A stretch of DNA of 64,000 nt from assembly GCA_002269645.1 (NCBI GenBank), contig NIVC01000995.1:1-64000 (forward strand), written 5' to 3'. The notes under the pieces are model-generated. The model was not told where the DNA came from and did no database searches. It saw only the letters and a program-made list of their open reading frames with translations. Each line of letters starts with the position of its first letter. Within the stretch, counting starts at the first letter, position 1. A program made the translations under genes and the position numbers. Source of the DNA: Macrostomum lignano. Taxonomy: Eukaryota. Shown piece by piece: positions 23,901 through 36,000 of the stretch.

Positions 23901-25852
23901 TGAAAAATCAAGCGCACTGGCCTACCAGGGATTCTACTATCTAATCATATAGTAATATAATACTATTAAATAGAAATAAGTGTGTGTGGACAGTGGTGTA
24001 GATCGCTAGACTGACCAGACCTGTCCTAGGCCTATTATGTCAGCCAACCTCAACTTGGTTGACAAATTTACAAAAGTAAATATTTTGCTGCAATGAAAAT
24101 GATAGGCCTAATAGATAAGAATAAAGGTAAAGCTTGCAATAAAATAAAACTTAATTTTAATGTAAATTCTTTAAGGTTCTATTTTATCTTCCTTCAGTTT
24201 AAGTTTATTTATTTTTAAATGAGTCTAGTTTCACTATATTTGAAGTTTTATAGGGCCTAAAAAGAGAATTAGATAGTTTTTTTAATAAATATTTTTATAC
24301 TTTAGTCAAACTAGATGTTTAATAGGCCTAACATTTATTTTTTGCTATCTTGTAGAATATCTTGTATCAAAAATATATATAATATATATATATTTTTATA
24401 TTTTTATATATATATTTTTTTAACTTTAAACTAACCTAATACAAGGTTGAATATATGGAAGTTTTTTTAAATTGTATGCCTATAATATGATGAATCAAAG
24501 TTATTTATTTTAGGCCTATGCTATGAGAGTATGAGGCTATGCCTATGTTATGCCTATATATTATTCTAATAATCCTAATTAAATTACTATTTAATGCTTG
24601 ATATAGTACAAGCTAATAATTTTTTGGTTATCTGTAAGACCTTCCTTGGTCTCTAGCTATTCTTCTTAGTACTTTGGTCTAGTAAATGGATCTAAGCTAT
24701 TTTACTCTAGGAGCCTTAAAGGACTTATATTATAATAAAAATTGCTAGGCCCTACTTGGTTGTTCTCTTTTTGTTCTTGTACCTTTAGCACAAATAACAA
24801 GTATGATTTCAAGGATTAGAATAGACTACAAATGGAGTCTAGACTATAAATTAAGTCTAAGCAGGAGTGCACACTTAGGAAGCCAAGGCCATATCTATTT
24901 AATAGATTTTGGTTAGGCCTATATGTTAAGATATAGCCAAAGGAGGGGGGCACTAGGGACATGTCTCCCTAGAAAGCAATTTTTTTGCCTTTGTATTTTG
25001 CTTCTATTGCTTCCATTGGAAATGGATTTGTCTTTGTCCTCTTTCCTAATATGAATCTCAGCTATGCACCTAGTTATATATCATCTTCTAGGCCTCTACT
25101 ATTAATTAGCAATGGCAAACTGCCAAAACAGACATAGCAACATTAGATTAGTGCATTGTTACGAGGCAAGAGATAATTTTTTTATTTGTTACTTTGGTTG
25201 CATTAGGTAGTAATTTAAAAGTCAGTCTAGAATTTGTTCATTATAAACTTTATTTATAGTCTTGCTTATTAAGTTTACCAATCAAATGATAAAGAAGCCA
25301 ATTGCCTTTATGACTATCATTTCTTTTACTATCTTAGGGAATATATTTATGCTTAACTTATATAATCGTATAGGCCCTTGAAATTTAGTGCTATGATTGT
25401 ATGCAATGAAAGCTTAATTAGCTAAATAATCTTATTACCTTAACTATATTAGGCAAATTAGTGACTGCAACTCTTAACCTGTCAATTTTTTATCAATTCT
25501 AAAATATTGGTACCTTAATCTTTACTAGTAAAGAACATACTAGTCTTATAGAAGAAAATCACTTCATTATATATGATTATTACTATTATAAAAAATTAGG
25601 GCTGCTGACTTCTTATTAGATATATACTATGTTGCTCTTTTTGTTTTTCTTGATTTTATTTTCATATTAAATTTATATTGCAATTTCATCTCTATAATGC
25701 AAAACTAACCTGGCCCTTAGAGCTTGTCTATGCCCCTTTCATATTAAGCAAATAATTGTATTGTCACTTGACTTGTATATAAATCTTGTTACTTAGTTTG
25801 ATGGCAATATTAATTTAGCTTCTAATTTCAACTTGCAGCACTCAAGTGAAAC

Positions 25853-28800
25853 ATGGCACCTTTGCGTTGGGGCATCTGTGCCACTGGCTTGATTTCACAG
25901 GACTTTGCAAATGCACTTAGCTTGAGTCCAGAAAATCATACAATTGCTGCTATTGGTGCTCGCGATCCAAACAAGGCAAAAGAATTTGCTGCACGATTTG
26001 GAATCAAAACTGTGCTGGACTCCTGCGAAGCCCTTGGTTCATGCACCGATGTTGGTGAGCTGCTTATTTATTTTTTATTAGTCCCCTCTAGCTGCTAATT
26101 GTTGATCTCGTTTTCTTCTGCATCTTTTGCTAGCGGAGAAATGGTTTTGGTACTCGTAGTCTGGGAGTACAACATAAGTCAATTGGGCTTTCTGGATGAA
26201 AAAATGCAATAAATAAAGCCTGGCGAGGCACTACAGCAACTTATAGTGAATAGCCAATGAAACACATGCTGCTGTTTAGAAGGGGTGGTTTAAAAACTAT
26301 AGAGTGCGAAAACTTGTGAAACTTGAAAACCAGTTTTTGTACCCTGGAGGGGTCTGGCTGTGCACTTTTGTGCATTCGCGGGGGGGGGGGTTGGCGGGGT
26401 TGCGTTGTGTCCTTTCTTACCCTCTTGTGTGCAGCGGCCCTCCCCCTCCGCCTGCTGAGAATTTTTATGCCTTGATTTGAGCATTGGCTCTTGCGTTCCC
26501 TTTAATGGAAACAAAAGTTATAAACTAAAATGTAGCAGGACCTCGACCATAGACTTACAGTAATTCGACAAGCTAGCCGAAAGTAGCGAAAGTACTTTTG
26601 ATTGAATGCACTCAGACTTATTTTTTAGGCTGCTGTGAAAAACAAAAGAAAAGAAAATATCTATGGAAAACTTGGAGAAGCATATAGCTTTTAAAGCAAC
26701 AGAATATTTCAGCTTTATTGCTTTTTGTTCCCACCTTTTGCTGCACTTAAGTCTTGGATGTTCATTCAAGTTTGCTCAGAGGAGTGTGATATACACCCTT
26801 TAGGGGATGGGGCACAGTTGAGCCGAGATTCATGCTCAACTTTAATCGGCTCATGGGTCTTAGCAGTCATTCACCGCAGTCATTTTGCAGCATTTACTGC
26901 AGCCAGTTACCCGTTTGTGAGCTACCACTTCGAAATTTTGTTAACTTGTTGACTTACTGTAAGTCTATGGTCGAGGTCCTGCTACATTTTAGTTTATAAA
27001 TTTAGTTTTCATTGTCTGTTTTAAATGATGTTAAAGATAATATAAAGAAGAGAGTTGCCGCTATAAATCTGTGCAAAATGATGTTATTTGGTTTTTAATA
27101 TAACTACCTTTGGGACAGCCCTCGTTCAAGTTCGTGTGGAGGCCGTTGTTCCTCTCCATTGTTCTCGTGTTGTGTTTCTCTCTGAGCTGGGTACTAATTG
27201 TGAATTTAACATTTGTGAAAGCAACCCCTGAGAAGCAGGCGCGCCTACTGAGTCGCGCGGAGCTATCACGCCAAACGATCGGACTGTGTGACACGGTAAA
27301 AATATAGGCCTTACCCCCTATTACAGTGACAGTCACGGTCAGGCAGATTCAACTGGCCGAAATCGGGCGTCTTATGCGATAAAGAACTGGAACAGAGCAT
27401 GACAGGCCAGAGATTGTTTATTATTTACAGCAATATGAGCCGATAACTCGTAACTGTGGCTACTAGTATGTAATTTAACCGAGTTGATACTTGATAAAAA
27501 CAGCGTAAACGAGTAGAGTTTTCAGAGTCAGATTAATTTGCCTCTACGTTTCTAAGGCCTGGGGGCTTTCGTTTCCTGGAACCTGGGATCCTGGGACCGA
27601 AGTCTAATCGCACCCTGACACATTTTATATTAGCCAACCATAAACTGGCATGCTAAACAATGAGCACTGTGAGACCAAAAATCCCTTACGAGAACAGGAC
27701 CTGCCCAAAGTGCCATGTGCGGGTAAAAAGTGAAGTTCACTTCATGTTTAAGCGCAGTTTAAACTTTTATAGAGCTCCCCGTGATAAATTTGAAAAGGAA
27801 ATATTTAATAAAGTTACGAATTTAAAAAATCCTACTTCAGAGGATAGAGTATTTACCTTATGACTCAAGAAGATAGAGACAACAACAAAAACAAAATACA
27901 CCTCTCGCCAGCCACACTCTCGGCCACTTCTCAAAGTCAGTTCCCCCAGTCAGAGTCAGAACGAGGGCTCTTGCATCCCTCAGAAGCAACTCAAAGTAGC
28001 GCGTCGGACCCTACGCCGTCCAAAACAACAGGTCGTGTAGACCTAACGGCTCGCGGCAGCGACTCTGCAAGTGGATGACGTGGCCAGCCCCAACTGAGTC
28101 GCTTCCTCTCGCGCAGCAGGTCAGAAGGCCGCGTTAGGCGAGCCCTAGCGTAGAGCTCGGCGTTGGACTTCGAGCCCGGGCCGCAGCGCACGTCGAACGC
28201 AGAATGCAGCATCTCAGGGTGCGCGGCGTCCAGCTGTTTTTTTCAGGGCATCCGTCAGTGTCCAGGGTTCGGCGTCAAGGTTGTAGAGCAGAACAGTCTC
28301 GACGACTGCTCGAAATAGCTTATCCCGTCATCCAGAGCCGGGCTCCAAAGCCGAGCCCGCGTCTCCTTTTTATGTCACTGGCAATGTCCGGTGCGAGTCC
28401 GCCGAGGTACACACGAAATGCCGGCAGCGCATAAGCTGGGTCTCTCATCCCTGGCAGCATCTCGGTAGGTAGGTCCAGCGGCATAGTGAAGACTTCAGTT
28501 TGAGGCTGACCCTCGCTGCCGCTTTCGCCAGGCAGCGGCAGGGTGGAACCGCAACGAGAACGCGACTGCAGTTTAGTACCCGAAAATCTTTAGTCTCTAC
28601 AAAGGTCAACAAAAATCTATTATTAAATCTTTAGTCACTAAAAATTGTATTTATTGTTTTCGTTGTAGTAACTACTTTTCCTGAAATATCATAAAATGTC
28701 AAAAATCAGCACCTGCGTTTGCATTTAAGAATCATAATACACTCTTATTTATGTTAGTAGTTCTTAGAACCTGTGTGATTTGGGCAATTTCTACTTTACA

Positions 28801-30369
28801 GTTCACGTTTGAGGCAGCTGATATAAGTAGTAAGAAATAAAAAACGGGTCCTTGGCTAGCACTTTCGAATGCACATTACGCACGCAGGTGTTGGCTTGAG
28901 CGTTTAAGTTTCATCAAGCTATTTTATTATTCTATTATTCTATCTTTGGCGTAAACCAATTGAAACAAAGCATTTAATCGGTCACCTCATTTTGCAGATG
29001 TGGTTTACATCGGTAGTCTGACCTACATGCACTTCGAGCATGCGCGCCACTTTCTCAAGTCTGGCAAGCACGTGCTGTGCGAGAAGCCGTTGACTCTGCT
29101 GCCAGAGCAGACAGCCGAGCTGCTGGCGCTGGCCAAGTCCACCGGCCGCTTCCTCATGGTGGCTCTGTGGAGCCGCTTCTTTCCTGCCTACTCGCGTCTG
29201 CGTCAGGCCGTGACGAACGGCGAGTTGGGCACCGTGCGACTCGTGCAGGCCAACTTCTGCTTGCCGGTACCCGAGGTTGTGCGCCTTAAAGAGAAAAAAC
29301 TTGGCGGTGGGACGCTTTGCGACTTCGGCGTGTACCTGGTGCACCTGGCCAGCTGGGTGTACGGCGGGGAGAAGCCGCTGTCCGTGACGGTGGCCGGCCA
29401 CGTTAATGAAACTGGAGTAGACCGGAGCGGCGGTATTATTATTAAGTAGGTTAGTTGTAATATGCTAATACTAGTTATGGACACGTATCAGGAAACTATT
29501 AAAAGTACTTTTTCACCAAACCTGCTCATGTTTGTTAGTGTCTTGATAAGCTGTTTTATTATATCTTAATTATATTTAAACTTGGTTGTAGATACTCCGA
29601 CAACCGTCTTGCCTCTCTGACCTGGAGTGGAGACAGTGGACCAGCCACCACTGCCCTTGTGCTTGGTGACAAAGGCAGCGCTAAGGTAACCATTCTCCTC
29701 GAATACTGTATATTAAGCATATTCTTTAATATCTCAATAACTCTATGCTTAGGCTAGTCAAGGCCTCAGAAGAGGTACCTCCATTCAGAATTCAGTCGCG
29801 ATTTTGCTTTCTGCAAAATAGTGCAAAAACTTCAATCTTGTCCTTGCTTTTACTACAGCTGGAAGACTATTTCTGGTGTCCCACCAAGCTGACTCTTAAC
29901 GGAGAGCTGATACACATGCCGACACCGCCGGTTCGTCAGGGCGACAAGTTCAACTTCTTTGAAAGCGGTGGCCTTCTGTACGAGGCTAACCATGTCAAAG
30001 AGTGCCTGGAAAAGGGTAAGCGATCCTATTGATAAGTTTGTCATTAGATTGCAAAATGGTTTTGAGGGCACTATCATAAGTTCTGGCGACAGATCTGCAC
30101 CCAGTGAGAAGCACGTTTTTGCAATTTAATACGCACTCGGCCTAAAAGAAAAGTTAAAATTTTGGCGGGAAGTTTAGACGCGTTTTAGCGCTTTTTAATT
30201 GTTGTTTTACTAATGTGGATTTAGGCCTAAATTTGCGCATATTTCTGATGCACACGCAGGCCTAACAGAAAGTCCGCTATTGTCGCACAAGGAGTGCCAA
30301 CTGATCCACGACATTCTGGCAGAGGGCCACAAGCAACTAGGTGTGGACTATCACAATTTGGACGCTTAA
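25853..30369 (+). CDS. DHDH: Trans-1,2-dihydrobenzene-1,2-diol dehydrogenase / D-xylose dehydrogenase (Gfo/Idh/MocA), copy 1
   Basis: Exons 25853-26054, 28998-29445, 29592-29685, 29859-30015, 30260-30369, all GT-AG and in phase. LRWGI Rossmann start, HVLCEKP, WSRFFP, GGGTLCDFGVY, GLLYEANHV..CL..GLTESP. Confidence 0.92.
26518..26999. mobile_element. MITE (482 bp) in DHDH-1 intron 1
   Basis: Perfect 46-bp TIR ttataaactaaaatgtagcaggacctcgaccatagacttacagtaa (26518-26563 and 26954-26999), with a further about 13 bp of imperfect extension. Confidence 0.85.
27660..27860 (+). mobile_element. Possible LINE C-terminal Cys/His finger remnant
   Basis: IPYENRTCPKC...EVHFMF resembles the RxCxxC...E.HF motif at LINE ORF2 ends. 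Confidence 0.4.
28060..28500 (-). mobile_element. RTE-clade LINE remnant (RT C-terminal region)
   Basis: Frameshifted VYLGGLAPDIASDIKRRRGL and KLFRAVVETVLLYN..EPWTLTDALKKQLDAAH...SNAELYARARLTRPSDLLRER. Confidence 0.75.
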
Positions 30370-31539
30370 ATCACTGTTTTAAATGTTACAATCTTCAATT
30401 CACTAATTTTGTGCGAAACTTTGCCTTGATTAAATCCAGTAAATAAATAAAACCTGTGGCTTTTGATTGCGTCTCGATTGAGTAAATGTTAGTTTTATAC
30501 CTAAGTTAGTCCATAATCATCATCAACTTTTTAACAATAGCTACGATTCAGTTAGACATGTAGATGAAACTTTTTCATTATAAAAAATATACTGTTCAGT
30601 TTTATCTCTATTGTTTATTTTCGTGTTTCAGTGCAGCGTCTGATTAAAAGTTCAATTGACAACGATTATTCCTTCGTCTGCATTACTTGGTCCTAGTGTG
30701 TGCTTTTTCAAGTTTCCTTAGTCTTTATTTATGGCCTTTTATTCTAATGGTCTTTGCCTGTGGCGTTTATCATCTTTTTTCTTTGAGGTGACGACCGTAT
30801 TTAATAGCCACTGCTTCTTCGTGTCGTCCTGAATGCAATGTTGTTTAGGGTTGTAATCGTTTTCGTTCTGGACATAACACGATTTCGTGCTCACGATCAA
30901 AATTTTGAAAGTATTTCTTGTGGCGGCTGCGCCTCACTCACTCACCATGTGACCATAGTCTGCTGAATGGCGTGGACGAGCCTCAAAGTCTGAACTTGTG
31001 AACCGGGGAATCGTCTTGAGACTCGTGATGGAGGACGCCACGAGTTCAGAGTTATAGGACGAAGCTCAAGGAAAGAGAGCGCTCAGCATTCGTGGTAGAA
31101 ATGCAATAGTTTGTATACCACGCACTACTCCCCAGCAACTGCGCTGCTGCACAAGTGGCACCGTGGCTAAATGGGTCGGAACTGTAGACCCAGTACGAGT
31201 ACTCCGACTACTGACCACTTCCCAGATCGAGTTGGAGCGATCACCATCGATTGGCATCGAATCCACTACGTCACCCCAGCCTGTTTATGCTCCTCGGTCA
31301 GCTGATAGGGTACCCAGTGAGCCGAAATCTTGCCCAGATAAAGCTTCGACTGCAGAATCGTTCGGATTCCTTCTGATATAATGCCTAGCGCAGACTCTAT
31401 CTGTACAACCGGTATAACTCCGGCATCATCCTCAATCATAGCTCAAACGGTAGCAAAATTCTCAATGGTTGCGGGCGTGGGTCGACTGGAGCGCACCTTA
31501 TGTTCCAGGAGACTTCCTCCCGCGTTGGAATTCGGCGGG

Positions 31540-31940
31540 TCGCCATCATAAGCTCGAAAAATCACATCGTCGAAACAGGGCACTATCACAAGCTCGAAAA
31601 GTCACATCGTCGAAACAGGGCACTATCACAACCTCGAAAAGTCACATCGTCGAAACAGGGCACTATCACAAGCTCGAAAAGTCACATCGTCGAAACAGGG
31701 CACTATCACAACCTCGAAAAGTCACATCGTCGAAACAGGGCACTATCACAACCTCGAAAAGTCACATCGTCGAAACAGGGCACTATCACAACCTCGAAAA
31801 GTCACATTGTCGAAAATTTTAGCAACCACCATCACAAGCTCAAAAGGCACAAGCTCTAACCCTAACCCTTTTCAAGCTTGTGATGGTGGTTGCAAACTTT
31901 TCGACAATGTGATTTTTCGAGCTTGTGATGTGACTCTTCG
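31540..31940. mobile_element. Modular foldback-like element: 40-bp tandem (about 6.5 copies), ctaaccctaaccc core, inverted modules
   Basis: Unit tcgaaaagtcacatcgtcgaaacagggcactatcacaacc. Inverted ttttcgacaatgtgatttttcgagcttgtgatg at about 31898-31930. Confidence 0.6.
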
Positions 31941-33006
31941 AAGCTGTCCACGAATACCACTTTTGAAGTCATGCGAAATCATTGCTCTCCATTGTCTTCT
32001 GTTGAGCCTCATTGTGACTTGGTAAGAGGAGTTCGGTATACTGTTATACATAAAGTATGAAATAAATAATGGTCATAAATAAAGTATGAAAGGGTATTAG
32101 CTGTATAATAGACATATAGCAGTTTATTTGGAATAACGGCAGTGGCCATGAATTAAGATGGAAGACGTACGAGCGTTATAATAGTTATGAAAGGCAAGTA
32201 GTAGAAGTTATTTAGTGACGCTAAGCAAAAACCCGGAGGAAGAGAAAAACAAAACGGAAAATTCATCTTTTTTATTTTATGCATAAAATAAGCAGTTGTA
32301 TTTAAAATTTCTTAAAAAATATTTGTTTATAGTGCTCTGGATGGATAAAAATAGTCTTGTGAACGACATTGTATTTTTATTTTAATATAAATGATCGTGG
32401 GCTGCCTGGTCTTCATCCGCTTCATAATACTTTAATTTTCCAATTTATAAAGCCAATTGGACAATTCGTTAAATAACTTGAAAATTTCTACTTACTAAAT
32501 TAATAACACCGGTCGACACAAAGGTAAGATATGTATTTTGGCTCACTAATAACAAATATATTCACATCTTTCTAAGATTTTATCTGTCCTAAACTTATGG
32601 CGTACTTACACTCTTTAATATTGATTTTTATATCCTATGTACTAAAAATTTAAACTAAAGCCATGTGAAATGAAAAAAGTGGTATTATATTAATGATAGA
32701 AATTGAATTTCATTCAGCAAAAGCTATCTAAATTTTTATTCAAAGCGTGTGTATGTCAATACTCACAGTTACTTTAAGAGTTAATTTCCAGCTTTTTCTT
32801 TCATACCAGTCAAATAGCTAAGAAAGATATCGTCTGTTTTATTTAACGCATTTTGTATGATATAGAATTGCACTGTACTATTCAAAGCATACCGGCTTAA
32901 TCATACTTAATTATTAGATGTGTACATGTAACTGTCAAACTATTTGTAGTGAATAATTTTAATATAAGTGGGATCCATTCTAATTTCTTTTCGACCGCAA
33001 TTCAGC

Positions 33007-36000
33007 ATGGCACCTCTGCGCTGGGGCATCTGCGCCAATGGCATGATCTCGCAGGATTTTGCCAACGCACTGAGCCTGAGTCCGGAGAATCACACCATTG
33101 TCGCCATTGGAGCTCGGAATCCGGATAAGGCGAAAGAATTCGCTGCCCGATTCGGCATCAAAATCGTGCTGGACTCGTGCGAAGCTCTCGGCTCCTGCAA
33201 AGAAGTCGGTGCGTCATTCATATTGTGTCATATTTTGCATCGCTTACATCAGCGGTCGGCAAACTTCGACCCGCTAAGCCTCTCTATCCGGCCCTCGGGT
33301 CCTTTGAAACTTCACAATTGCAATCCGGCCCGCTCAAGGTTTCTGTCTCTTCTCAACTCTTTTCTCTCTAATCTCCTCTCCCTTCTCTCCCCTGCCTTTT
33401 CTCTTCCTTCTCTCTTCTCTCTCTCCCCTCCTCTGGCCCGCCAGTCATGCGCTGGGTTCTCGATCTGGCTCTTAAGATAAAATGTTTGCCAACCCCTGAT
33501 TTGCATATTGCTTGGAAAGATATCTTGCTTAAACACTGATCTACATGTAGATTTTGCACGCAGATCTATGAAGAAATTCTCTTGGGTTGTTTGAAGGGAA
33601 TTCATGAACAAATTTTGGTTAACTTCTTATCGGTGAGGCGACTCAATTAAGGACTGGTGCTTCTAGCTGCTGCTCGTAATTGTGCTCTTGTTCTGCCTGC
33701 GGGCCTCAAAACAGTCAACTGCAATCGGTGCTTATCAGTAATTTGTTGTTGAACAACTGACCACGGCCTCTGCTTGACCTTTCCAATACTGTCTCAGCAC
33801 TTTATCTGCAGCTAAAGTCTTCGTAGAAAATACGTTTGCAAACGTCGTGAGCTATAAACTTGACAGAGATATGCAAAACCTTTACCTTTCTTTCCCGTAC
33901 CTGTTTACGTGGGAGGACGGTAGCTTAATCTCGTTGCAGAAATGGACACGTTATGAATTTATCTGTTTTTAATTTTTTTAGAATAAAACTCTTGTATTGC
34001 ATGAGCTACATGTATGAAATCAATTGAGTCGTGGAGAATTAATTCAGCTTTAAAACGAAACAGAGATGATCAGAATCGGTTGCTGCAAACAAAAGAAAAT
34101 TTAAACCAAACTGCGTTGCCGTGACGGGTTGGATTAATTAATGAATCACAAAGTGCAATGAGAAAGCGTTGAAGAGGCTGACATAGCATCAAACCTACGG
34201 TCTAAATGATGTTTAAACGGGCTTAATCGATGTTATAGCACACGTAGTACCAATCCATTTTACTGTCGGCCGAATTCCGCAGACGTGGTGTACGTCGGCA
34301 GCCTGACCAATTTGCACTATCAGCATGCGCGCCACTTCCTCCAGTCCGGCAAGCACGTGCTGTGCGAGAAGCCGCTGACTCAGCTGCCAGAGCAGACAGC
34401 CGAGCTGCTGGCGCTGGCCAAGTCCACCGGCCGCTTCCTCATGGTGGCTCTGTGGAGCCGCTTCTTTCCCGCCTACTCGCGTCTGCGTCAGGCCGTGACG
34501 AACGGCGAGTTGGGCACCGTGCGACTCGTGCAGGCCAACTTCTGCATGCCGTTGTCGAATTTTGCTCGCCTCAACGACAAACGACATGGTGGCGGAGCCC
34601 TGTGCGACTTCGGCGTGTACCTGGTGCACCTGGCCAGCTGGGTGTACGGCGGGGAGAAGCCGCTGTCCGTGACGGTGGCCGGCCACGTTAATGAAACTGG
34701 AGTAGACCGGAGTGGCGGAATCATTCTAAAGTAGGCCAAGTTTCATTCGGTTGCTTTAATTAATGGCTCTAAGGCAATTTCAGCGCTTCGAAAATGACCC
34801 ATTTTCACCTGGCTTGGTTAGACAATTGTCGAAACTATAGTTAATCAGCATTTTAATTAACTGATCTAATTTTGAATTCGCACGCAGATACTCCAACAAC
34901 CGCCTGGCCTCTCTGACGTACAGCTCCGATGCCGGCCCGTCCGCTACGGCGACTGTGCTTGGCGACAAGGGCAGCGCTAACGTGAGAATTATCCATATTA
35001 TTTACACCTTTAAATCGAAATCAGTCAATGTGGCCTATACTACTCTAACAGTAGTTTAGTGAGAGTGCGCAGCGCTCCAAAATTACCACTTGAAATTTCC
35101 GTTGTATTATAGGACGCAAAATTTGAGGGCCCGCTTGTTCGCATTGCAGCTAAACTTTTCATACTCATATCTCTGGATCAGCTGCACTTAAAATGATCAT
35201 TTTTTAGATGATGCAAGCTTGGCTAGTTTCATAGTCATGACTCAAGACTGCATATACAAGCCTAATTTAATTTTTATCGTTTTCTAAAGTAGCATTGTAT
35301 AGCATATATTGCATAGGGTTAAGTAGGACACTAAGACAGCTAAAGCTTATAAAATATGTAGTAAAGGCATAGTTTTGCGTGTAATGCAATTTTCTTTTAC
35401 ACTACTGTTAGTAGTTTCCGTTCCGGAAATATCAGAAGACAGGTTCCCGTATTCTTTATTCCATTCGAAGTCCAACTTAGAGAATTAAGATCTTACATGC
35501 GTATTTTATTGTTGTTGTTACGAGCGTATGGTTGCACCCACCCTCCTTTGCAGCTGGGGGATCTTTTCTGGTGCGCCACCAAGCTGACCCTGAACGGGGA
35601 GCTGATCCACACGCCGTCGCCGCCGGCTCGCCCAGGCGAGAAGTTCAACTTCGACGAGAGCGGCGGCCTGCTGTACGAGGCCAACCACGTCAAGGAGTGC
35701 CTGGACAAAGGTTTGCAATGCAGCTGAATTTCTGTGTACCAGCAGATTTTTTAGCCGTTTTCTAATTCGTCTACTGAGAGTAGTAGCATATAGAGGTTTT
35801 AACGCTAAAATTAAGGCTTTATGAAATTTTCAATTTCATCTGTTTCTCCTTGTTAATTGTTTCCAAATGCTTTTCCTTCGCAAAGCCATTGAATGCAAAT
35901 GACAGGGCTGGTTGTTGAAAAATATTAACAATACAGCATAGATAATTAGTAGCACAAGCGCTAGTTTTCCTTGATTAGCCTTGTCATTCTCTCACATCGG

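Noticed and set aside
30830-31440. Possible solo LTR or LTR fragment between the DHDH copies
   Set aside because: No TG...CA ends with a TSD, no PBS/PPT and no coding similarity could be established.
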